A stretch of DNA of 58,185 bases, filler included, from Catajapyx aquilonaris (Eukaryota): assembly GCA_000934665.2 (NCBI GenBank). It is 3 parts of 3 records of this genome, joined end to end, with 100 filler letters (N's around TTAATTAATTAA, not from the genome) between each part and the next. Parts side by side here need not be neighbours in the genome. Positions count along the whole stretch, not along the records: positions 1 to 19,300 come from JYFJ02006510.1; positions 19,401 to 38,832 come from JYFJ02006511.1; 1 more part is not named here. One strand, 5' to 3'. Under the pieces are notes generated by a model. It was not told the DNA's origin and ran no database searches. It saw nothing but the letters and a program-made list of their open reading frames with translations. The translations under genes and the position numbers were made by a program. Positions 10,901 to 23,616 of this stretch are shown one piece after another (position 1 is the stretch's first letter; every line of letters begins with the position of its first letter).

Positions 10901-13900
10901 GCTGGTTCCGATGACGGTTCAACTTGTTTTTCTTCAACGGCTGGTTCCGATGACGGTTCAACTTGTTTTTCTTCAACGGCTGGTTCTACAATTGGTTTAA
11001 TATCTGAAGATTTGTCAAGCACTGATTCTAATGATGGTTCTTGTTCTTCGCTGCTTCCGTCCTTTTCAACAGATTCAGACGTGCTCTCACTGCTGGCGTT
11101 TGGAACCTCACCGTATTTCTTCTCCTCGCTAACTTCAAGTTTCTCGTCTTGCTCTTCGCTTGCTTCCAATTTCTCATCTGATTTCGGTTCATTCGAAACG
11201 GGTTGCTCTTCTTCGTTGGCTTCAGATTTGTCGTCTTTCGTCTCATCTGTAGTTTTGACGGGCTTCGTTTCATCTCCACTTTGGTCTGTCTTTTCGTCAA
11301 TGGTTGTGTTTTTCTCTGCACCTGTCGCTGATTTTTCCTTTTCACTGCCTTCGTCTACACTAGGCTCGGGTTCAGACGCTGGCTCAGGTTCTGACGATGG
11401 TTCAGGCGCAGATGCAGCCTGAGGTTCAGATGATGGTTCCGGTTCAGATGCTGGCTCGGGTTCAGACGTTGGCTCGGGTTCAGATGCTGGCTCGGGTTCA
11501 GATGCTGGCTCGGGTTCAGATGATGGTTCAGGTTCAGAAGCTGGTTCGGGTTCAGACGTTGGCTCGGGTTCAGATGCTGGTTGCGCCTCCTCTTCTGTCT
11601 TCGTTGCATCACCGCCTGGTTCTGGTAGAGGTTCAGACTCTGGCTTCTTCTCATCCAGTGGTGATTCAGAATTACTGGTGTTTGGACCCATGGCATGGTC
11701 CGACTCATGGACTGTCACTGGATTCAGTTCGTGGTGATGGTGGGGCTCGTCTGAAGTGGGTGCATCCGGTTCCTCTTCAGTGTTGTTCAGATGTGTTGTC
11801 GGTTCAGTGAGCCACCAGTACGGAGCACTTGTCGTGGTTGTTGTCGTTGGCGGTGGCGTTGTCGTGGTACTCGTAGTGGTTGTTGTGGTCGTACTGCTTG
11901 ATATCACCATCGGATCAATGCAAGTCTTGTTGTCATTCCAGAGCGAGAGTCCATCCGGGCAGCTGCACATGAACTGTAGGTCATCCCGGGAGAAATGGCA
12001 GTCATGGGAGCATTCGTAGTTGTTCAGCAAGCATTCATCAATCAGGCCTTGAATAATTAAAAATAGCATTTTACAACTAGTACTTCAATATTATTATTTT
12101 TAAACAACTTACGGTAAGATCGCATGGAACCGGATGTCACTGAATGCACCCCGAGGTACCCTCCACGTTGCGAGAGATGTCTTCCGAGCCTTTGCGTCAA
12201 CTGATTTTGATCCACCGGACTTTCATCGGATTGACTCCATCCAAGCCTGAACTTTGCTATGACACTACCAGGCCTGAAACCCATTAAAAATATTTATCGC
12301 CTTATTATGTAAAGTACTGAAAATGACTAACCTGAAGCTCATAATTTTCAGGTTGATATCAGCCCCATATTTCAGTTCATCCGGATGGAAAATAGCAGCC
12401 TTAAGCTCCTCGGCCAGGTCGGCTGCCAAGTCCTTAAACATCTGATTCCTCGGATCGTTCAGGCTTGCATCGTACTCCAAGTTGCTTATCCTCAATTCGC
12501 CTTCCAAAATGCGTGGGACTGTAATTGAATTAATGAGAGTTTAACATACCGGGGGGTAGCACAGGTATTGCGATGCTGACCATAATAACTCGAGGTGGTC
12601 GGAGGCATATCTGAAGATGGGATGTGCGGCGGTGGTGGGCTCCAGGATGATATTTCGTTGCTGCTGATGTCGTATCCATGTGTTGCGGTGTTTGCGAGGG
12701 CGTCCACGGTGCTGTCATCACGTGTCATAATGACGCCAGCTGCCAAGAGGATGGGAACTGGTGGCCGTGGTGCCAACACAAAAAAGCGCACCTTATTTCC
12801 AAGCAGGGCCATTCGCCTTAATCTAAAGCCAGCTAATTAACATGCTCACATGCTGCCGATTACAGAAGCTTCATGCAATGCAAAGCAACACAAGCTGGAA
12901 TTATGTGACACTTATGTATTTCATTGCACTTATTATTTGAATTTTTCAGGCTGCCCACACCGTTAAATGCGAGTGAAAATAATGAGATAATTTGGAGCAA
13001 TTCATTAAACACATTAACCCGTAGCCAATCAAATTAATTATGCCTGAAGCAGCTGCACTGAATGTTACGGATAAGTATTATTATAACCCCCTCACCTTTG
13101 TCGCATTTATGCTAAGCTTGTAAACATGTCTTCTCAAAAAAAATATTGTTCGCATTCGAAGGTAACCAATCGTTAGGAAAATAGTGTCACACACCCTATA
13201 GAATAGGCCAGTGGGACACACTTTTTTTTTTTTCCTTAAGACCAAGCGGCTAGAGCAAAATAAGGTCAAGCTCACCGCCAGCCAAGACGGCCACGAGGGC
13301 TACTATGGACAGGATGACCAGTGCCACTCCCCAGCATATGCACTTCCTATATCCTAGCTTCTGTCTCTTGTCCTTCGTAACGTACAGCTTCTCACCTCTG
13401 AAACAATATATTTGCCCACAATTACTCTTCTGGATCAATGGCAGTAAATCACATTATTGTCATACCTGATGAACTTGCGGTGCTGGTTGACAGGTACAAA
13501 GTACTCCTCGCTGCGTCCCATCGGAGGATCCCAAAGCTCTGCGTCTTCCTTGTGAGGTATCCCGTTGGTAGGAAGAGTCGCACTGTTCATGTTCACCAGC
13601 TCCACGTTAACCGCTTCGTGGACACCTCCCACCTCCTTGCCATTTGCCTGCAACGATAGACACCAATAATTCTAAGTACTCATAAGGTCACATATTAACA
13701 TATTTAAATAAATTACTGTGGTACGCATCGTTTGACCTGTTGTTTCATGACATAGCAATAAATGTTGTTCATAGTGTTTGAATTTTTGGGACAGGATGTT
13801 TTGAATTTACCCATTATGCAGAATGTGCACACTTTTTTTTTTTTGCATGACATCCTACAATACAATAGGTGAAAGCAATAGTTGTGTGTTTTATAGTCTG

Positions 13901-14436
13901 CTGCGGTAGTCTTCCATAGCGAATAAATTGCAAAGTTATATGTACAAATGATATAATATCTAGTAATGGTATATAATTTTTTATAATTTATATTTGTGTG
14001 CATTACAACATTACTGCGCAGCCTGTAAAGATGACTGCCTTCATCTAACCCTTTTTTTAAAAAACGGACACGGCAATTAGGTAACAATCAGATATTTTTG
14101 AAGCAATCCGCAAAAACTCTAAGGTACGCAGCAAGTTTTTTTTAGTACATTTTTTTAAAACCATCCTCTATTTTTACATGTAATCAAGGTCGTGATCACT
14201 TCTAGACATCCGCTTTCTTTTTTTCCCCTCAGAATTATTTCATCGCATCACGACTCCCATCGACATTAATGTTCAATGAAATCTCAATCAGTTTTCTATA
14301 AAAAAATGTCCAGTGTTTAATATTCATAACGTCAAGTACATGTTCAATACGATTATCAATTTTAAAAATATATATATCCTGGCAGCTCCAAGCGACCTTC
14401 AATATTAAAATTCATGTGTCTATATAGATTAGTACT

Positions 14437-14485
<49 letters not shown>

Positions 14486-17400
14486 AAGCCTGCACTTCAT
14501 CAGAATGATTCCCACTCCTCGTAGCCTACTTTTATGAGACCTGAGAAATTAACAGTCACGCAATACAAAAAATGTTGTAACAATAACCCACAGGTATACA
14601 ATATTACACCTCATGAGACCGTGCATTGTTGTTACTACAAGTATTGTTCGCTGATGAAATCACACACAATGTGCATAATTATTCTGGCTTTTGAAACTAG
14701 AAATACTTGTAGAGTGTATAATAAAACAAGCCGGTATATTGATTATTTGCAAGGACCGGTTGTACGGCGGTATTACCTTGGCAAAAATTTTGGTATTGCA
14801 GCTCTAGTCTTATGGACAATAAGTGAATGTGAGGAATGTTTGGAATGTTAAGGACCGCCCAAATATGGGGTTTCAAATCTAGCTATGATTGAACAGCTAG
14901 CACATGTGTGCCTCAACCTTGAAGTGCAAAAACTTGTACAATTCAAACCAGATTTAAAGTGTGCAAAAAAAAATTAGCTTCAAAAAGTGTTGCAATTGAA
15001 ATAACCTTCGCAATGACCAGTACATGATACAAGGAAAAGGAAGAATGTACCCATCATTTCCATTGCCCTTTAAGGTCTAAAGTGAATGCATCTTTTTCCC
15101 CCTCTTGGTATTAGAAGGTACAGGAGAAAATTATTAGCCTTGGCTTACTTTTTCTTTTTTTTTCCTGGGCCACAGTTTCATCACTTAAAACTACACCAGC
15201 TTGTGGAGAGAAATTGGGCAAATTGGTTTTCACTCACTTTGATCTCTCTGTGGGCAACAACTTGGTCAGGACAACTTTTGTTTCCTAACAACTTTGACAT
15301 TGAATATTATGGAATGAAAAGAAAGAAAATGTACCGGTTCCATACGCCCTGTGAAAATATGACGTAACAAAGGTTTTTTCTGTGTATGCAACGCTCCGAT
15401 TATTATGTAAATATTTATTACACAATAAGAAGTCTTTGACCGTGGCCACCCCCTTAAAAAAGTGTTATAAACCAACAATGTCGTGAACAGTCCTAAGGGA
15501 GACATTTTTTTGATTGTTCACCCCAGCAAAACATATTTTTAAACAATATAATAATGAGCAAAAAATTAAATACGAGCTAATTTTTTTTGAGTGACGTCGT
15601 AAACTGTATGCCACAGGACTCTCCCAGACACATTGTACTTTTTATATATATAAATGAAATTGATGAGTACAGAGAGTCTATTTATGTATAGTTGTTATTT
15701 GCAGTGACTTATCACCTTTTAAAGGGGGTGTGCAACGTGTAACAAAACAGGTTCAACGTGTTGTGCTTATTTCTGGTACTTGAAAAGTGCTAGGTCGAAA
15801 CGTGAGTGATTTGAAGGCCTCTCCTGCCCAACTTAACAATCATTACAGTTTGGGTTGCATCATTTTTTTTTTGTCCACACTAATTGCTCGGGTGATGTCT
15901 GGGCCAATAACCTCATCAAATTCGAGCCATATTTTTAACACACTCTGCCAGAAACTTTCACTCTAATCCTCTTTCATATCTCTCGTCAACAACTGCAAGT
16001 TTCCAGACATTTAGGCTGCACGATCAGTTAAAATCNNNCCCCCCCCCCCCCCCTCCAATATATTTTCTTCTAAGAAGGTATAAGCCAGCAGGAAATTTCC
16101 ACTCGAGTGCAGCTGGGTTATAATGGGAAAGGAGCAGGAAGTTATAAATTCAAACCATCCAACCACTTTTTGAGAAATAAGACGCAATATGGCTGCTCAA
16201 CGGATCATATCCAAAAAAAAATGATCAAAATAATGAAACTGGGATATTGTGGAGGATAACCAGGAGAATGGAGTTTTAGCCATTTTATCCTGGTATTGGA
16301 AGAAGAAAAAAATTCAGTTATAATTGACGTGTATTGAAAAGGTCAGGACCTCGCAACTAATCCTTTGGAGGGCCTTGGTATATAACTAGGAGAGACTATT
16401 GTTTTGTACTATACGTGGGTGCCGTTATGTGGCAGAGAAAGTGTCCCACTTGGAAAGGTGATGACAAAAGCCAAACCAGAGAGACCTAAAACGGTTATAC
16501 ACAAGGGTGCGGGTATAGAAAGAAGAAGAAAAAATTGTTCACCCTAGAAACCCGTTAGAAGCAACAATCAGGGTTTAAGATAGGTTAGGATAGGTTAGGA
16601 TAGGTTAGGATAGGTTAGGATAGGTTAGGATAGGTTAGGTTAGGATAGATTAGGATAGGTTCGGTTAGCTAACCTAACCTATCCTAACCTATCCTAACAA
16701 CAATCCTAGCAACAATAATGGCCACGATTGAACCTAACCTAGGTTAGGTTCAATCGCGGCCATTATTGTTGCTGCTCTCTTAATTGTTCCTAAGTGTGAA
16801 CAATTCAGGCTAATGTCCTCTAATATATCTCTCGAGTCGACAGTAGGTCAAAGTGTCGTCATGGCAAGGTGCTCAAAAACTCAGTGAAGGTTGCCGTAGA
16901 ATATCCCTGAAGTTCAAGAATTTTTTTCGCAAAGCTCAACTGCATTTTGACCACTCATTCTTGCTAACAATGTAACCTTTTTTCCCCCTCTCCACCACCC
17001 CCTTTGCCCAAACCAAGTATACGGCCAATAGACACACACACACAAAAAACACATTGCATGACTTTGCTTGAATTTAAAGAAAACCGGTGCGAACAAGGCG
17101 TCGCAATCGAAGTCTTTTGCAATCGGACACACACATTTACATGGAGAGAATTTGGCGCTGGGTTTACCGGTAACGAGGTCGTTACGATACACTTGTCGAT
17201 TTGCATATTTTCACACTCCCTCGAGCATCTCATTGTCATCATTGTGCAGGTGCGACATTCAATTGCGATCTGCTGTATACGATTGACACCATTTTATTCA
17301 ATTTTTTTCTGTACCCAAAATGGCTACACTTTTCAAACTGTTCAAACTATAGCAGCGAATCCGTTGCCAAAATCTGGCAACATTGCCCAGCCCCCGGACA

Positions 17401-17715
17401 GTAATATGATTTCCCACTAACAGATGGCGCGGATCCTCCCTCTCTGCACACTACTGCCGCTCTCTGGGGGAAAGTAGCACTACATGCACGTTGGTGATGA
17501 GTTACCGCGTCTTTAGTTATTTTTATGTTATTTTTTTTAATGTATAGTTTCCTGACCTGTTCCAAGTTGAGCACGACTCCATTTCCAGACTTTGAGTCCT
17601 CTTCCTCTTGGAAGGCAGGGTTGTCCGTCCCTTGGTTGCAGGCGATGGTCGCCGTCTCCGTCGCACTGCTGCTGGCACAAGTGACGCTGCTGACGTCGCC
17701 ATCCTCATCGCTCAT
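7953..17715 (-). CDS. Type II transmembrane mosaic serine-protease homolog (TM, SEA, EGF, EP/ST-rich stalk, 3 LDLa, SRCR, inactive trypsin domain); corin/enteropeptidase/nudel-like architecture
   Basis: Exon 1 17715-17557 (MSDEDGD...), exon 13647-13466, exon 13397-13276 (TM: CICWGVALVILSIVALVAVLAG). SEA exons ~12510-12110 (FR|PGSVIAKF). Large exon ~12047-9336 has EGF (CSHDC..CSCPDG) and three LDLa repeats (DCADSSDE, DCLGGEDE, DCEDKSDE). SRCR exons ~9300-8950. Protease exons ~8885-8245 and 8192-7953. Confidence 0.88.
10845..10990 (-). repeat. Coding 39-bp tandem repeat (VEPSSEPAVEEKQ), ~3.5 copies
   Basis: Near-identical units acggctggttc(c/t)gatgacggttcaacttgtttttcttca. Confidence 0.9.
11360..11582 (-). 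repeat. Coding 18-bp tandem repeat (EPASEP/EPTSEP/EPSSEP), ~12 copies
   Basis: Units such as ggctcgggttcagatgct / ggctcgggttcagacgtt within the stalk exon. Confidence 0.9.
16533..16805. mobile_element. MITE-like foldback element containing (TTAGGATAGG)n and an internal palindrome
   Basis: Terminal inverted repeat aattgttcac...gtgaacaatt. TTAGG/ATAGG array ~16575-16660 followed by its inverse (cctaacctat). Palindrome with 33-bp arms centred at 16740/16741. Confidence 0.7.
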
Positions 17716-17937
17716 ATTTCAATTGGAGGCCCCCTCCCTCCACAACCACCTGAAAAAAAAATATGAAACAAAAATTTGTCAGCGACGATCATTGCGAGGA
17801 GAGAGGTCGCCAATGTTTTATTTGCGAACGCAACCGAGTGCGCACCCACATTCGCGCAGCTGTCCATTGTTCTGACAACAACGATGCCAGAGTTACGAAA
17901 GAGCAAAGTTTGTCCAGGCTCTGCTGATAGTCTAATA

Positions 17938-18145
17938 CAGGGTGATCCAACATCAAGTGTCGTTTTGTAACGGCTATTAATAGAAGCGCTTTACGATTGA
18001 CGTAGCAGCGACGTGTAAAATTGCCCACTTCGATGGCGCCGAAGATGCGCCGAAGTGGGACATTTTACACGTCGCTGCTACGTCAATCGTAAAGCGCTTC
18101 TATTAATAGCCGTTATAAAACGACACTTGATGTTGGACCACCCTG
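17938..18145. mobile_element. Tc1/mariner-type MITE, almost entirely one inverted repeat
   Basis: TA-CAGGGTG...CACCCTG-TA termini with TA duplication; ~95-bp arms that are nearly perfect. Confidence 0.85.
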
Positions 18146-18990
18146 TATAAATGACATATCTCTAACAACCTGAACTACAATGTCGTCCTCGCAGATAACC
18201 CCTCCTGAAATGCCCGATCCATTTCCTACACAATGTCCCGATTAAACCGATCACGTCCCAACCGGAAGACTTTCTTTCCGGGGAGGCTAGTTTTGTAGTA
18301 GGGGTGGTAGAGATGGTGGGGGGTAGAGAGACAACAGGTATATAAAGTGCCACAAAAAATAGGTCTCTGACCGCATCTGTCCTCTTTGGTTGTTTTTTTT
18401 TTAATGGCGATTTTTGTACAAAAGCTTAGGGGTTGTGGTCCACCTTCCGCTTCCGGACCATCATCATCATCTGCTGGGCACCGGGAGAGAATTATTCTCA
18501 TGTCCTGTTGTGTCCATAGCCAAGGTTAGATGCGCTTGTTTGGTTACACACACACACACGAAATTAGCAACAGGGACACCTTTTTTTTTGGCTAGTTATG
18601 CAAGAGTTTGGCGCATTTGTTGGACACTTGATCAGCATAAATTCTCGAGAAGGGCGGGGCTCCAAATGTACTGGACTGGACCGCATTCCGAGACAATATA
18701 AGGCCAGTGAAAATATATAGAAGTAGCTACTGTATATGCTGCGATGACAGGTTTATTCACACTTATGGACTTAAAACCGGGATAATTTTTTAATAATAAT
18801 AAAAAAATCCGCATAACCAGTAGGCAGCAAACTGCATTCATTTTCATATGATTCTGAGGTCATTCTTACCAGGTGCTACTAACCTAGTCAAGGTCTCTGA
18901 AATAGTGTGCTACTAATCATCATCATCATTATCATTTTATTGTCATCAGCAGCATCATTTTTATTGTCATCAGCATCATCATTTTTCATA

Positions 18991-19066
<76 letters not shown>

Positions 19067-19400
19067 TTGTAAACTGGACCAATAATGGTTCAGAGGAAAA
19101 ATTGATCAAATAAATGTCAACTCAAAATGGAGAAAATCTCGGGATTACTGCATAATTATAAATGCATATAGATATTAATTTAAGAAATATTTGAGCAATG
19201 TATTGTGACCGTACCGGTTTTACTATGTCTAAACGTCCTACAGTTCAATGCAGTCTGATGCTACCTTGCATCACCTTTATATCAGTACATATTTGATTAC
19301 NNNNNNNNNNNNNNNNNNNNNNNNNNNNNNNNNNNNNNNNNNNNTTAATTAATTAANNNNNNNNNNNNNNNNNNNNNNNNNNNNNNNNNNNNNNNNNNNN

Positions 19401-20760
19401 AAACCAAGCCAGACTCCACTCTTTGAGAAACGCGGCCATCAGCCGGAGATTAGCTCCATTTTCATCAACCCGCCTCCTAAATGCCGCTTTCCAACTACTC
19501 CACAACAGACATGGACTATTCTTCTGTCGATGTTGATGTTGCAATTGGTTCTATGTCAGTGGTATGCCAACAATATAATTATGTCAGGCAAAGAAGTGGA
19601 AGGGTGAAACAAAATCGATCTGTTATTGCTCCAATGGAATGAAGGTTAGCCTTCCTTCCTCTCCTGGCTGAGCCTCCACAGCTACTTAAAATGCTCCTCT
19701 TAGGTACTATCGGGTTCAAATACTTTTGGCCACTTTATCCTGGTCTAGAAGCAACCCTTCACATACACACACCTCCTTAACGTCGGGCTGTGCGAAGGGT
19801 TGCTTCAAGACCAGGAGAAATAGTGGCCAAAAGTATTTGAACCCGATAGTACATCACCTAATAATTCAGAACATTTCCTGAAGACCATCAGAAATTACAA
19901 TTCGGCCTAACTTCCAGATGACATCTTTTGGGGCCAACGTTGTTAGAGAAGGGGGCTTCATACCTACATTTAAAGTGCAAGGGCAAATTTACCATCGCAT
20001 GGGATCACTCCTTCCTCCAGAAAATCAGAGCCCACGGTTTCTGCAGATTTACTTCGTGGGGAACATGCAACAGCAGCAGGTGGAATACCGTTGCACCTAT
20101 TTAAACGGCACACGCCTCGACATCATATTGCAACTTCAGGAGATGATCCATTCCACTCACACGTTTACGTCAAAAGCATCAAACTTGGCACTTGAGAATC
20201 CTCCTCCTCTGGAATTTGACTTGGTCATCGATGCAGACAAGCGACCACAAGGTGAGCATCGTGGTCGATTCAATCAACCTTCTTGCAATGAGATTGCTGT
20301 CATCATGAGTGGTCAGGAGCATGGTAATAAGAGGGATTTTGTGTTGAAGCTTCGAGACAACACGCTTCATCTATGCAATTATGAACGTAATTGGCTATAT
20401 ACCAAATATTGCATGTGCATCAATCCAAACAACACACTATACGGATGCCAGATTCTAAGCTCTGCTATGTTGGAGCTTCTATACATACATTTACTGCACA
20501 ACCTTCAATTTTTCATGACATACTTTTGCTGGATTTTGAAGGTGTATTGTGTGTTTTCTTACAATCCGACATCCGCAGTGCGTTGTTTTGACTTCATGCA
20601 CACGCATGTTACAGGCTCCATGTTACAGGTATGCCAACATGGTATAGCCATAATTATTACAAAGGTAACTACCAAATCAATAATAAAGTAATATAAGTAA
20701 TATAAGTCACTCCTATGGAAAAGTCTTTCATAACCCGAGCAACGCCGGGTATCCTGCTAG
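19401..20760 (+). mobile_element. Helitron, decayed/internally deleted, with intact 3' terminus
   Basis: Degenerate Zn-finger (C..AKKWKGE...C..G.V.LP) ~19580-19680. HFLKTIRNYNSA* then MTSFGA...FKVQGQIYHRMGSLLP...PRFLQIYF...HRGRFNQP..NEIAVI, typical of the Helitron RepHel N-terminus. 3' hairpin cccgagcaacgccggg (20734-20749) followed by CTAG|T at 20757-20761. The 5' end is lost in the gap. Confidence 0.9.
19707..19849. mobile_element. MITE with TA target duplication nested in the Helitron
   Basis: TIR ctatcgggttcaaatacttttggccact...agtggccaaaagtatttgaacccgatag flanked by TA; interrupts the Helitron reading frame. Confidence 0.85.
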
Positions 20761-21201
20761 TGAATTCTAAATTGGAACAATAAAGTATGCAACCAATGTG
20801 AGTGCAAAAACACTGACCAAAGTACAGCCACCACGTAGAAATGTAATGACACTGAGGGGCTGAGAGGAGGAGGTGGCAGGGGGGAGGGAGAGAGGGAGGG
20901 AGAGGGAGAAGGGAGGGAGGGAGAGAGAGAGGAGGGAAGGACATGGTTTCCAGGGCAACTCAACAGCATTATTGGAACACAGGGGGCCAACGTCCAAAGT
21001 TATTTTCGCCTCCTGTGGCCAAGGACGACCTCGGAGGTAAATTCCAATGTGCCTATGTTACTCCCGGTAAAAAACTACCCCTGGTGATACCCCTGGGGCA
21101 TATGTGGAGGCCTCCGTATGGATCTGTTTAGGTGACAAAAGACATAGGTCTTAAAATATGTATTAGATGACAAGAAATAGCATACGAAATTAATCCTTCA
21201 G

Positions 21202-23111
21202 TTTGGATAATCCCACTCGGTTACTGGGACGTCAAAGGATTATTGCAGTCGATGAATGCAGAAGACCTTGTCCTGTCTCTTCTGTACCAGCATGTACGAA
21301 CAACTTTTGCCTTGGACAAACTCAGCGAGGAAAAAGGACGCTATATTTGGAAACAGATTGTTATCATTGATATGGAAAATGTTGATTACTACACGGCATT
21401 TTATAAGACAGGTAATATCCTGACATTTTGTGAGCATAACTACTGCATTATTAAAACATAAAAGGCATATGCTGATAGTGTTTAGTTAGAACAATTTATT
21501 ACAGCGCAGGTCAGAAATTATTCTGAGAAAATGCAATACTTCATAATTGTGATGAATAATTAATTTTAAATCAATCAGTCTTAAAACTATGCCATTGCAC
21601 TTATCTGATCATTCTTCAGTTCTGACTTTCAACCATTGAGTGTAATAATGCGATTTTTTGTCGACTTTTCCCTTTTCAGCCTGGAAAGTGACATTTAAAC
21701 TTTCAAAACTACTTACAGATCATATGCCCGATATACTAACTTCTATCTACTTCATCAACTGTAAGTGCTGAACCTCCATTTTACAAAGTAACACAATTTA
21801 TATGTCTGAGTGAGACCCTTGACCGAGACACATTCATACGTACACAGGTCCTTCCTTTGTTTGCAAAGCAATCTCAATAGTCACACCATTAGGCATAGCC
21901 GGAAGTATAACCAGCCTACTCAAAGTGTACGGCACTGATCGGTCCACATGGGTACCTGCTCTGCTCGAAGTGATCGAACCAGATCAATTGCCAGCCTATT
22001 GGGGTGGGTCACAGGTTGACCCCAAAGACGGTGACCCAAGATGTCCATCCAAGGTATGGATCGTACAGCAGACGCTTTTGTTTCTGCTCTTTACTTATAC
22101 ATCAGGAATTTATTATCTACATTTACTGTGTATCTGTATGTCTGCATTTTTCGGATTTTTTAACATTTTATTTGTAAAGGTGTGCGTTCGATGCGAGATT
22201 CCACAATCTGTTTACATCAAGAACAAGTTGAGTTTAATAAAGATAAGTCTGACGAAAGCAATCGTCGAACATGGAGGAACTCTTAAAATTAGTAGAAATG
22301 TGAAAATTCCAGGATCTGAACTAAGGTAATAACGTTGATTGTGATGGTGATGGGGACGATAATTAATCTTATTGCAGGTGGTCCTTCTACTCGGACGCCC
22401 AAGATGTAGATTTGTCCATTCGTCATCAGTTGTCCGATGGAACTGAGGAAATAATTGTGGAGACATCTCGATTGCAGTGCTTTTATACTTTGATTCAGGG
22501 GGAAATAATTTGCAAAAAGAAGGGATTGTGTGAGTATGTTATTGGTTTACTTTACACAATAATTCTTATCACAATCTCTCTCTTAAGAAGGATGCTTCAA
22601 AATCTCAAACACCCTTTCTCTCTTGCCACTTGATATTGGCGGCGTTGGGACCATTAAAAAAACACACATGTTTCATTTGCTTCTGCTTGGTGGTAGTGTA
22701 CGTATATACGTATAATAGGGCAGACCAAAATATCTGACAGTGAGAGTGAGTTGATTTCACCTTCATCGCGAAATAATGATACGTATTTACTGTTACCAGT
22801 TAACTCCCTAGATTAATTAGTTCATGTCATGTTTTTAAAATTGCCAAAATTGCCAAAAGAAACGGGTATAGTTTGGTCAATTCGCTTGGAGCCTAAAAAA
22901 GAGATGAAGTGAAAAACGTATCACTTACATTTTACACTAATTTTAACCCAACATTATTTTTTTACCCTGTCAGTAGATTTACCTAAGGTTAGCTTGACTC
23001 ACCCTATATGTTAATTTTTCTCTCATTTCAGACACAGCTATATTTGACAACAGCTATTTCCGGCTAAGAGACAAAACTCTTCATTTTGCACTGGAAGTTA
23101 CTCCGCCATGA
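21202..23111 (+). CDS. SEC14-like (CRAL-TRIO + GOLD) copy A, exons 5-10 only
   Basis: Open spliced frame WIIPLGYWDVKGLL...IIDMEN...PDQLPAYWGG...GDPRCPSK...FDNSYFRLRDKTLHFALEVTPP*. No exons 1-4 are found between the Helitron and 21202. Confidence 0.75.
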
Positions 23112-23616
23112 GTATAGTAATGTACGGACAAGTAGATGTCAACAGTTGCATGTTGTAAATATAAATAAAATTAAACAGATATCAGTGTTGGGTTTCGAAG
23201 GGCTTAATCCGCTTTAGAAATAGCACCTCCACAACAGATCCAGACAGAAATTCATGATGATCACGATTTCACATCACTCCTTTTGCTCCGAAGTTCTGCA
23301 ATTTATGTCAAGGACTTCAGTTATCAGTACCGTTCCCTCACCCAATCCCAGATCTGCTCAAAGACCAAACAAACATTATTGTCACAGGCTACATAATCGC
23401 TAGAAGGTCGTCACAGTTATATCTAAAGGGAAGTACATCAATCCATCAAGGTTGCTGCAGTGCGTTGAAATACAGTACGTGTATTTCTATTGCAGGCGAT
23501 TCATGTGGATCTTTCCCACGTAAGTACTTGCGACGATGCACATATTGTTGAGTTATTATAAAGCGAATTGTTGTCAATTTCGATGGATTCAGTGACTTAT
23601 ACCCAAAGGCTTAGAT

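Noticed and set aside
6495..11810. Numerous antisense or alternate-frame ORFs overlapping Rabex-5 and the pseudoprotease
   Set aside because: Expected shadows of GC-rich or repetitive coding exons; no recognisable domains.
15775..15810. Possible Penelope-type hammerhead (cttgaaaag...cgaaacgt)
   Set aside because: Lacks the CUGANGA core and convincing stems.
18993..19065. Poly-Tyr/Ile/Leu/His/Asn ORFs from (ATT)n and (CAT)n tracts (also ~14438, 35350, 38380, 51473, 57897)
   Set aside because: Simple trinucleotide microsatellites in introns or intergenic DNA; not coding.
19301..19400. TTAATTAATTAA palindrome embedded in an N run (also at 38833-38932)
   Set aside because: Identical 100-nt spacer with stops in all frames at both gaps; an assembly/scaffolding artefact.
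20860..20940. GA-rich tract and Pro/Leu/Ser-rich antisense ORFs
   Set aside because: Low-complexity purine tract; no coding evidence.
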